59,608 bases of DNA from Planctomycetota bacterium (GTDB lineage: Bacteria > Planctomycetota > UBA1135 > GCA-002686595): positions 1 through 59,608 of the forward strand of contig JBCCGI010000051.1 of assembly GCA_039029355.1 (NCBI GenBank), in the 5' to 3' direction. The notes below the pieces were generated by a model that was not told the origin of the DNA, made no database searches, and saw nothing but the letters and a program-made list of their open reading frames with translations. The position numbers and the translations under genes were made by a program. This document shows, one piece after another, positions 48,490 through 56,506 of this stretch (position 1 is the first letter of the stretch; the number at the start of each line of letters is the position of its first letter).

Positions 48490-50844
48490 GTGGCGAGTTC
48501 CAAGCTCGTCACCGTTCTGAACAACAGCCGCCGCGAAGTTCGCATCCGGCGCTGTCCAGAAAACAACCAGCCGTGGAGGGCCGCCTTGCTGTTTGGCCTT
48601 GAGAGCCGGGCAAACGCACGGAGTCGCCGCCGCTCGAGAAGCGGGCGCAGGCGACGCGGAAGAGCGCTGGTAGTGGTTGTGGTCGTCGTTGGTTGGATCG
48701 CGCTCGGGGCGTGGATGCTCTCGGCTCTCGGTGAGCGCGACAGCACGTCCGCGACACGAGCGCTCGCAACAACGGCGAAGGAATCGCTGGCCACGGCGAG
48801 GCTGTCGGACCCCGGCATGCACTCCCGGGCCGCGGTGTGCGGCACGGTGCTCGACGAAACCGGTCCGAGGTCGCGCCGCGCCGCCGACGCCCGCCCGCCC
48901 TCCACCGGACGCTCGCGCCTGCATGTCGCCGTGCGCCAGGAGAGCGGCGCGCCGGTGCTCGAAGGCCGCATCGAATGCCATTGGGCCGAAAGCCCACACG
49001 TCGAAGGCGACCCCTTCTACCGCACGCAGGAGGTGAAGATCGACGGACCGACCACGACGATCGAGCTGCCGTCGTGGGCGCTCGGGGCGCTGGTCGTGGC
49101 GTCCCCCAAGAGCGGGCTGCCCGGCAAGGCGCGCCTCGACAACCTGCGCAATCAGAACGACCGCTGGCACGCCGAGGGCGAGACCGTCGACTGGGACGTC
49201 GAGGTCATCGTCGATTCGGGCCTGACGTCGGTGCTCGAAGGCAGCGTCACGGTCGACGGCGAGGAGCGCATCCCCGACGGGCTCACCGTCTTCCTGATCC
49301 AGGACCCGCTCGACCAACCGCGCGAAGCGACGTCGATGGAGGAGTTCTACGCGACCAGCCCGCAGATCGGTTGGGTCGACCACGAGCGCGCGACCTACCG
49401 CGTCTGGCCGGTCGCGCCCAAGGCGCGCAAGCTGCGGGTCGGAAGCCGCGAGACCAAGCCGCGGACGATCGAGCTCTCGACGTTCGAGCCGAGCGGCGGC
49501 GTGCGGCGCCTCGACCTGCACCTGGAGACCGGGGGTCGACTCGAGCTGACCGTCGTCGACCGCGAAGGGTCTCCTGTCGCGGGGCTGCCGATCGAGTTCA
49601 CGCACGAGTACCTGCTCCGCAGCACGTTCACGCGTCAACACTACGACCGGCACCGCGTGACGACGCAGACCGACTCCGACGGCCGGGCGATCCTCTCCGG
49701 CCTGACGCCGAAGGGCTTCGTGCGGGCGTACGCACCCAGCCGCCAGTTGGGGCGGGAGCTCTGGAGCGGACGCGTCCCCTCGGACCTCGACGGCACGCTC
49801 CACGCCCAGGCCGAGTATCGGACCGACGACGTGCCGTCGCTCGTCTGGGGCCGGCTGTCCGATCTGCGCGCGGTGGCGGAGTCGCTGTCGCCCGAGGTCC
49901 ACGTCGTCGCGCTCGGCGCGCCCGGCGTAGCCGCTCCGTTCCCGGTCGCGCGCGACGAGGAGCAGGGCACGTGGAGCTGCGCGGTCCCCGCCGGCGACTA
50001 CGCGGTCTGGCTGCAGAGCGACGAGGGACGCGCGTCCGGCACCGAGTTCGCGTCGGTCGAGGCGGGCGGCGAGGCCGCGCTCGAGCTCCTGGCGCTGCCG
50101 CGGCGGCTGCTCGCGCTGCGTTGGCTCAACGCCCCCGAGGGCGCCACGCTGGAGTGGCGCGGGCGCGCAGAACACGGCCCGCTCGAAGCGAGCCGGCAGA
50201 TCGCGCTCGACGAGCCGCACGGGGAGACCTTGGTCAACGTCGCGGCTCTCCAGGCGCTCGACGTCGAGGCGCACGTCGGCGAGCGCTTGCTCGTGCGCCG
50301 ACGCCTGACGGGCTCCTTCGACGACCCCATCGAGGTCGACTTCGCCGCGCTCGCGGATGTCGACTTCCACCTATTCCTCAACGGCAAGTCCCCCGGCGGC
50401 GCGGGGTCGCTGACGGTGGTACCGCTGGGCACGGCCCGCTCCTCTTCGGTCGCGACGTACCACGAGACCGCCCAGGCCGGGCGCGCTCGCATCGCGATCC
50501 CGGCCGACGCGAAGGAGCTCCTCTATCTGTACTCCGACGCGCAGGAAACCGCGTTCATCTGCGGCGTGACGACTCTCGTCGCTCCGCTCTCGGATGAAGC
50601 GGCCCGCGCGTCGGTTCGACACTGCATCGGCTGGCAAGGCGGCCTCTACTCCGCGAAGCAGCTGCTTCCGTCGGAGGACGACTGGATGGAGCTCGTCGCG
50701 ATCGGGGACACCGACGTGACGTCGCTCTTCGGCAAGAAGATGCGGACGATTCGAGCACAGGACCTCACGGCGCCTCCGGGAGAAGGCGCCGAGATCCTGG
50801 TCGATCTGAAGAACTGCTCGTGGGTTCTTTCAAAGAACTTCTAG
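48490..50844 (+). CDS. Large (~784 aa) membrane-anchored extracytoplasmic protein of unknown function. Its 5' part has atypically low GC and low-GC3 codons; the start is uncertain.
   Basis: Arg-rich N-terminus then TM (ALVVVVVVVGWIALGAWMLSAL) then ~700 aa of beta-rich sequence. GC3 becomes genome-typical only after ~48870. Alternative starts at 48713 or 48819. Confidence 0.5.
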   Translation: MASSKLVTVLNNSRREVRIRRCPENNQPWRAALLFGLESRANARSRRRSRSGRRRRGRALVVVVVVVGWIALGAWMLSALGERDSTSATRALATTAKESLATARLSDPGMHSRAAVCGTVLDETGPRSRRAADARPPSTGRSRLHVAVRQESGAPVLEGRIECHWAESPHVEGDPFYRTQEVKIDGPTTTIELPSWALGALVVASPKSGLPGKARLDNLRNQNDRWHAEGETVDWDVEVIVDSGLTSVLEGSVTVDGEERIPDGLTVFLIQDPLDQPREATSMEEFYATSPQIGWVDHERATYRVWPVAPKARKLRVGSRETKPRTIELSTFEPSGGVRRLDLHLETGGRLELTVVDREGSPVAGLPIEFTHEYLLRSTFTRQHYDRHRVTTQTDSDGRAILSGLTPKGFVRAYAPSRQLGRELWSGRVPSDLDGTLHAQAEYRTDDVPSLVWGRLSDLRAVAESLSPEVHVVALGAPGVAAPFPVARDEEQGTWSCAVPAGDYAVWLQSDEGRASGTEFASVEAGGEAALELLALPRRLLALRWLNAPEGATLEWRGRAEHGPLEASRQIALDEPHGETLVNVAALQALDVEAHVGERLLVRRRLTGSFDDPIEVDFAALADVDFHLFLNGKSPGGAGSLTVVPLGTARSSSVATYHETAQAGRARIAIPADAKELLYLYSDAQETAFICGVTTLVAPLSDEAARASVRHCIGWQGGLYSAKQLLPSEDDWMELVAIGDTDVTSLFGKKMRTIRAQDLTAPPGEGAEILVDLKNCSWVLSKNF

Positions 50845-50858
50845 AGAGGGAGGTATCG

Positions 50859-51254
50859 ATGAGCAAGGCGACCTTTTCCATCCGTAGGACCGTTCTGGCC
50901 GGACTGATGCTGCTGGGCGGCGTCGCGTCGCTAGGGGCGGCGCTCCAGGAGCCGGTCGGCAGCCGCGGCGATGAATGCACGCCCGCGAGCCAGACCGCGG
51001 ACCCGCCCGCCTGCGACACGCCGGCGCTGGGCTGCAACCTGCTTTACCCGATCTGCCCCGACGGCTGCAGCGATGCGGACTGGGTCAGCGGCAAGTGCAC
51101 CGGCCCGGCCGGCGACTGCAAGAGCATGGCGACCCAGAAGGACTCCGAGATCTGCAACGACTGCCGCTGCTCGGACCTCTTGGGCGGCGGCATCTGCGTC
51201 AGCACCGGGAACTACACCTCCGGTCCGGACGAGACCGTGATGGACTGCCAGTAG
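50859..51254 (+). CDS. Small secreted cysteine-rich protein (131 aa, 12 Cys in the ~100-aa mature part).
   Basis: GGGAGG SD 5 nt before the ATG. Signal peptide MSKATFSIRRTVLAGLMLLGGVASLGAA. Cys spacing ECTP..ACDTPALGCNLLYPICPDGCSDADWVSGKCTGPAGDCKS..ICNDCRCSD..ICVST..DCQ. Confidence 0.65.
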   Translation: MSKATFSIRRTVLAGLMLLGGVASLGAALQEPVGSRGDECTPASQTADPPACDTPALGCNLLYPICPDGCSDADWVSGKCTGPAGDCKSMATQKDSEICNDCRCSDLLGGGICVSTGNYTSGPDETVMDCQ

Positions 51255-51341
51255 GGCGACCGACTCGACGTGCGCCGGGCCGGTGGCGTATCGCCAGCGG
51301 CCCGGCCGTCCCCCACGCCCCCACGGGCAGGAGGTATTGCG

Positions 51342-52388
51342 ATGCGGGCGGCCGCCCCCAGGCTCCCCCGCGGCCCGGCGGCCGTGGGGATCGTCGCCCT
51401 AGCGCTCGCGCTCCCCGTTTGGCCGCAGCAGGCGGTTGACGGAGAGGACGACGCGCTCTGGACGACCCACTACGAAGACACCGAGCCGCTCTGGCAGCTG
51501 GTGGCTTCGCACCGCGGCGAGAGCTTCGCCTTCCGCTACCGGCGCGTCGTACGCGACTGCGGCAAGCCCGACGAGGGGCCGGAGCTGGTCCACGACGGCC
51601 TGGTCCGGTTCCGCTTCGAAGGGGACGGGATCTGGCTGCACGAAGCCTATGTCGACCTCCAGTCGCAGAAGAACCGCCAGCCGGTGGCGCGGGACCGCCA
51701 GCACTTCTACTCGCTGCTGACGGGCGAGCACACGATGCACATGCGCCGCTCCGGCGACTTCAGCAGCGAGATCCGCCTGCGGTACTGGAGCACGCTCCCC
51801 GATGTGCTCTTCCTGGCCGCCGGAGCGCTGGGCTCGCGCGCGCTCTCCGATCGCATCGCCGCGGGGCGCGACGGGAGACGCTTCGAGCGGCACGACAATC
51901 CCCGGACGGGCTCGACCTCGATCGTGGTGCGCAACGACGCCGGGCAGCCCGTGGAATACGCGGAGGTGATCCCCGGAGCCAGCGGCGACCCCGCTCTGAT
52001 CCTGCAAGGCGTCTACGGCGACCGCGACTGCGTCGAGGAGGCGCTGGTGTTCGCCGCCGTGGAGAGCGACTGGACCGAGGCCGACTTCGACCGCGTCCCC
52101 GCCCACGCGCGCCTGCTCGACTTCCGCGGCTCGCGCCACGCGGTCGCAGCGGTGCACACCGACCGACCGCTGAAGCTCTACGAGGCCGGCTCGTGGGCCT
52201 CGCGCGTCCGGGCCGAGGGGTTGGCCGAGATCGGCGTGCTGCGCAGCGAGCCTACCACGGCCCCGGCTCCGGCCGAGCCCACGCCGGCCCGGCCCGAGCC
52301 ACGGCGCCTGTTCGCCACGTTGGTCGGCGCGGCCCTGCTCTTCGGGCTCCTCGTCCTCGTCACCCAAGCCAAGAGGACCGCGTCTTGA
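51342..52388 (+). CDS. Secreted hypothetical protein with a C-terminal PEP-like/TM/basic tail.
   Basis: GGAGG SD 7 nt before the ATG at 51342. Signal peptide MRAAAPRLPRGPAAVGIVALALALPVWPQQ. C-terminus ...ARPEPRRLFATLVGAALLFGLLVLVTQAKRTAS. Confidence 0.6.
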   Translation: MRAAAPRLPRGPAAVGIVALALALPVWPQQAVDGEDDALWTTHYEDTEPLWQLVASHRGESFAFRYRRVVRDCGKPDEGPELVHDGLVRFRFEGDGIWLHEAYVDLQSQKNRQPVARDRQHFYSLLTGEHTMHMRRSGDFSSEIRLRYWSTLPDVLFLAAGALGSRALSDRIAAGRDGRRFERHDNPRTGSTSIVVRNDAGQPVEYAEVIPGASGDPALILQGVYGDRDCVEEALVFAAVESDWTEADFDRVPAHARLLDFRGSRHAVAAVHTDRPLKLYEAGSWASRVRAEGLAEIGVLRSEPTTAPAPAEPTPARPEPRRLFATLVGAALLFGLLVLVTQAKRTAS

Positions 52389-53539
52389 TCGGCATACTCC
52401 TGTTGCTCGCCGCGGCGCCGCAGGCCGCTTCCCCGCGCGACGCGATCCTCGCCGCCGCCGGCGTCGAGCTGGTCCCCCACCCGCCCCTGGAGACCCCGAG
52501 GGTGCGCTTCCGGCCGCCGCTGGGCGAGCCGATATCGGGCGTCATGGGCCCCCTGCGCGACGGGTCGCACGCGGTCTTCGCGACGCTCCCGGCGGCGGAC
52601 TGCTACCTGGACAATCCACGCCCCGCGGTCGCCACCGAGGGGCCCGAGTGGGTCGCCGCCTACCCCGCCGCGCTCGCGCGGCCGGAGCGGCTGGTGCTGC
52701 GCCAGAGCGGGCGGAGCCCGGTCGCGGAAGGCGCGCTCGCGGTCGGCGCGGCGCGAGGGGCCCGAGCGATCACGCTGCGCGAGGCCCGCACCGGCTGCGC
52801 GATGGAGCACCCCTTCAATCTGCCGCTCGCCCTGGGCCGCGACCCGGCGACGCTGCCCTTCCGCTGGAACCTGCGGAGCGCCCTGGACCCCACCGGCGCC
52901 TACGTCCTGCTGTACGCCGACGACGGCGTCGAGGTCGCGGTGCCGATCCAGCTGGAGCCGCCCGCGTGGGGCCCCGCCGCCCCGGACGCGCTGTCGCTGG
53001 GCGAGCCGGAGGGAACGCCCCTCGCCGTGGAAGGGCGCGGCGGCTTCGCGGTGCGCGCGGCGAGCGTGGTGCGGGCGCCGCTATGCGTCGCGCTCGAGCC
53101 GCTCGACGGCCTCCGCTGGCGCGTCGTCGAGACCGCGGCGGCGCGCCTGCCGCACGCCTGCGCCCACGTCGAGATCCACGCCTGGGGCGACGAGGCGGAG
53201 CCGTACCGGCTCGATGTCCGCCTCGAGCATCCGCCGCTGGCCGGCGCGGAGGGAGAGGCGCTCCTCTCCGGCGAGCTGGTGGCCGGGGAGCGCGTCCTGC
53301 TCGGCCGCCTCGACGGCGCCTGGCGGGTGGTGCACGCCGACCGCGTGACCGGCGCCGAGGACGTGTTCCGCGCCGCGGGCGGGCGCATCGTCCAGGAGCT
53401 GACGGTCCCGCCCGTCGGCGCGGGGCCGCCGGAGCTGGATTGGCTCGCGGCCGACGGAGAGGAGACGGCGCTGCTGCGGGCGACGGTCCAGCCCGACTGG
53501 CCGAAGGCCGCCGAGGCCTGGCGCCGGGCCGGGCGCTGA
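52386..53539 (+). CDS. Secreted hypothetical protein (TTG start overlapping the upstream stop).
   Basis: TTG/stop overlap (cgtcTTGAtc). Signal peptide (M)IGILLLLAAAPQAASP. No known motif. Confidence 0.5.
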
Positions 53540-53578
53540 TTGGCTTCGCCGCGCGGCGGGCCTATCCTCGTCCGCCGC

Positions 53579-55264
53579 ATGGCTGCTCCCCCCTCCGCCC
53601 GCTCGCTGGTCACGCCCGCTTCGCTGCGGGTGATGGAGCGCGTCGCGGTCGCGCTGCTGCTCCTGGCGGCCTTCGTGCCGCGCGTGCGCGACTTCCGGGG
53701 CACCTTCGACCGCGAGTTCGAAGGCTTCCAGGGCACGTTCTTCGCGAGCTGTGCGCTCAACTACGAGCGCCTCGGGCTCGGGCACCTGGGCGGGTACCCG
53801 TCGCTCAACATCGACCTGCCCGAGGGCGACTACAAGGACGGCGCCTACATCTACGGCAACCACCCGCCGACGGTGCCGCTCCTGACGTGGGCCTCGCTGA
53901 AGCTCCTGGCGCCGGAAGGTTGGGGCGAGGCGTGGCGTGAGTTCGAGCCGCCGGAGGGGATCGAGCCCTACGTGCGCTTCCCCTTCCTGGCGCTGCACAT
54001 GCTGGGGCTCTTCGCCTTCTGGTGGGCGCTGCGCCAGGCGTCGGGGCCACGCGTGGCGCTGCTCGGGTTGGCGGTGCTGGCGATGACGCCGGTGTCGGTG
54101 CTGTACGCGCAGCTCGTCAACTACGAGAACCCGTCGCTGCCGTTCATCTGCCTCGGCTGCGGCTTCCACGCGCGCTACCTGCGCGGGATGTCGGGGCCGA
54201 ACCTGCTCGGCATGGGGCTATCGTTCGCCGCGGCCGCCGCGGTGACCTTCGCGCCGCTCTTCTTCGTGCCTCCGCTCGTGCTGCAGGCGCTGCTGCGCCG
54301 CGGCTGGCGCGGCGCGCTGCGACCCGCGCTGGCCGTGGGGCTCTGCGCAGCGCTGCCGATCGCGGTCCACGGGCTGTGGGTGCGCGCGGCGCTGCCGAGC
54401 GAGGCCTCGGAGTCGGTGCTGGCGCGCGCCGCTCACCTGATCGAGCCGATGTTCACCGGCGCGGAGCCGTTCGGCGAGTGGGTGCGGCGGCAGGCGGTGC
54501 GCGCCTCGTTCTTCCTCTCCCCCCCCATCGTCGCCGCCGCTCTGGGCGGGCTCGGCGTGATCGCGTGGCGGCGCCTGCGCGGAGCCAAGGCCCCCAACGC
54601 GGCGGCCGACGGCCGCGTGGAGCTGGCTCCGCCGCTCCTGCTCGGCGGCGTGACGCTACAGCTGCTCTTCTACACGCACACCTTCGACGGCGAGGGGGTG
54701 TGGGACGGCCAGACCGTGTTCCTGCTCAACCTCGCGCCGGGAGCGGCGGCGGCGGCGGCGGTGCTGCTCGACGCGCTCGCCACTCCGTTGGCGCGGCTGC
54801 GGGGCGGCGTTGCGCCGCTGGTCGTCGCGACCAGCCTGGTCGGCCTGCCCGGCATCGCGCGCGCGAACCAGGTGCGTTACCGCTGGCGCGAGCCCGGACC
54901 GCGCGACGACCCGGCGCGCACGTTCGGACCCGATGCGCCGCTGCCCGCCACGGTCGGGCGCGAGATCTCCGAGCTGCTGCCGCCGGTCTCGGTCGGCTTC
55001 TATCCGGAGGCGCTCGGCTTCAACCAAGCCGCGTCGTGGTACGCCTGGCGGACGCTGATCGACGTCGAGAAGGAGACCTTCGGCGCCGGCGTCGGGATCG
55101 CCACGCTGCTGGGACTGGGCGAGCGGCCGCGCTTCCTGCTCATCCCCAAGGACCCGGCCCCCGAGGTCGAGGCCCAGGTGGGCGACGTGCACGAGCAGCT
55201 GAAGGCCGCCGGCGAGCCGTTCCGGACCTCGGAGCACTGGGAGGTCTGGTCGCTCGACGGGTAG
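53579..55264 (+). CDS. GT-C fold polytopic membrane glycosyltransferase (PMT/ArnT family 39/83-like).
   Basis: About 11 predicted TM helices. A first-loop acidic motif (DREFEGFQ...DLPEGDYKD) as in GT-C enzymes. Large C-terminal periplasmic domain. Alternative TTG start at 53540 abuts the upstream TGA. Confidence 0.6.
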   Translation: MAAPPSARSLVTPASLRVMERVAVALLLLAAFVPRVRDFRGTFDREFEGFQGTFFASCALNYERLGLGHLGGYPSLNIDLPEGDYKDGAYIYGNHPPTVPLLTWASLKLLAPEGWGEAWREFEPPEGIEPYVRFPFLALHMLGLFAFWWALRQASGPRVALLGLAVLAMTPVSVLYAQLVNYENPSLPFICLGCGFHARYLRGMSGPNLLGMGLSFAAAAAVTFAPLFFVPPLVLQALLRRGWRGALRPALAVGLCAALPIAVHGLWVRAALPSEASESVLARAAHLIEPMFTGAEPFGEWVRRQAVRASFFLSPPIVAAALGGLGVIAWRRLRGAKAPNAAADGRVELAPPLLLGGVTLQLLFYTHTFDGEGVWDGQTVFLLNLAPGAAAAAAVLLDALATPLARLRGGVAPLVVATSLVGLPGIARANQVRYRWREPGPRDDPARTFGPDAPLPATVGREISELLPPVSVGFYPEALGFNQAASWYAWRTLIDVEKETFGAGVGIATLLGLGERPRFLLIPKDPAPEVEAQVGDVHEQLKAAGEPFRTSEHWEVWSLDG

Positions 55265-55276
55265 CGCGGGCCGTGC

Positions 55277-55966
55277 TCAGCCGCCGCGGAAGAGCGGCAG
55301 CATCGTGTCCTTGAGCTTCATGTACAGCTGCGCGGTAGCGCGCACGTCGCGCAGGCAGTACTCGCCGATCTCCTCGATCCCGCCGCTGCGGTACACGCGG
55401 CTGACCTGGCTCCCGTCGATCGAGCCCTTGGGGCTCTCGACGTCGAAGCGGCGGCACCAGTAGTCGAGGCTGTAATTCTCGCGCCGCGTGCCGTGGAAGC
55501 TCAGCACGTCCTGCAGGTCGCAGTGTGTGGCGAGGTCGTAGCGGTAGGGAATCAGGTGCACCGACGGCGCGATGCCGAGCTGCGCCGAGCGGATCATCAG
55601 CATCGGGCCGTCGTAGCCGCGCCCGTTGTAGGAGACGAGCTGGGGCTTCTTGCGCCCGACGATCTCCCAGAACTTCTCGAGCAGGTCGCTCTCCGAGCCG
55701 CGGAAGACGTCGGAGTTCGGGACCTTCTCCCACTCGCGCTGTGGCTCGACGTCGCCCTCGAGCAGCATCAGGCCGCGGCCGACCTCGATGTTCCACATGC
55801 CGATCGCGATCACCTTGCCGAGCCCGGGCAAGAGCGAGGTGCGCTCGGGCATGGCGTCGCGCTCCTCCTCGGTGCGGGCGCGGTTCAGGAGGTAGCCGCG
55901 GGTGATCTCGTCGACTTCCTCCCAGGCGAAGCCGGCGACCTCGATGTCGAAGGCGATGGTGGTCAT
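55277..55966 (-). CDS. Predicted RNase-H-like 3'-5' exonuclease (COG3298 / PolB-exonuclease-related family).
   Basis: MTTIAFDIEVAGFAWE (Exo I D-x-E), YNGRGYDGPML (Exo II), YCLRDVRATAQLY (Exo III Y-x3-D). Confidence 0.65.
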   Translation of the reverse strand: MTTIAFDIEVAGFAWEEVDEITRGYLLNRARTEEERDAMPERTSLLPGLGKVIAIGMWNIEVGRGLMLLEGDVEPQREWEKVPNSDVFRGSESDLLEKFWEIVGRKKPQLVSYNGRGYDGPMLMIRSAQLGIAPSVHLIPYRYDLATHCDLQDVLSFHGTRRENYSLDYWCRRFDVESPKGSIDGSQVSRVYRSGGIEEIGEYCLRDVRATAQLYMKLKDTMLPLFRGG

Positions 55967-56041
55967 AGTTGGGCGGTTCCCGCCGGTCCGCGCGGGACCG
56001 ACGGGCTCAGGATACCGCCGAACGACCGGTTGGCGAGCCGT

Positions 56042-56506
56042 CTACTCGCCGACGCCCACCGAGATGTCGGCGTCGAAGAACTCGCCGCCCGGGCAGCCGT
56101 CCTGACCCAGCGTGTAGACGACCGGGTAGGGCGCGAGCTCGCCGGCGTCGGCGAGCAGATACGGCCGCCCCCAGGGGTCGACCGGGGCCTCGGGGCGGTT
56201 GAGGTACTTGACGCCGTTCTCGTCCGGCCGGACGAGCAGCGCCAGGTTCGGCGGGCAGCCGCCGTGGATCGCGGCGTAGGCCTCTACCGCCTCGGCGATC
56301 TCGAGCACGTCGCGCTCGGCCGCCTTGCGGTTGGCCTCGATCCGTGCCGCCATCAGGTTGGGGATCGCGACCGCCGCGACGATCGACAGCCCCATCAGCC
56401 CCACCGGGATGCCCACGGCGCAGATGATCAGCGCCCAGGCCCAGCCCGGCAGGCCCGACTTGGGTTTGCGCTCCGGCCGCGCCGGAGCCTCGTATTGGAA
56501 GCTCAT
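56042..56506 (-). CDS. GspG-like type II secretion pseudopilin homolog with a non-canonical (non-prepilin) N-terminus.
   Basis: AIPNLMAARIEANRKAAERDVLEIAEAVEAY and PVDPWGRPY...YTLGQDGCPGGEFFDADI match GspG conserved blocks (VPNLM..., DPWGNPY, GxDGxxGGE). The N-terminus has a TM helix (WAWALIICAVGIPVGLMGLSIVAAVA) but no G/FTLxE motif. AAGGAGAAGGA SD. ATGA overlap with the upstream gene. Confidence 0.7.
   Translation of the reverse strand: MSFQYEAPARPERKPKSGLPGWAWALIICAVGIPVGLMGLSIVAAVAIPNLMAARIEANRKAAERDVLEIAEAVEAYAAIHGGCPPNLALLVRPDENGVKYLNRPEAPVDPWGRPYLLADAGELAPYPVVYTLGQDGCPGGEFFDADISVGVGE

Noticed and set aside
48334-50370. 678-aa minus-strand ORF antisense to the 784-aa gene, including a poly-Thr run.
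   Set aside because: Antisense artefact. The sense frame has the TM anchor and a coherent beta-rich sequence with high GC3 after 48870.
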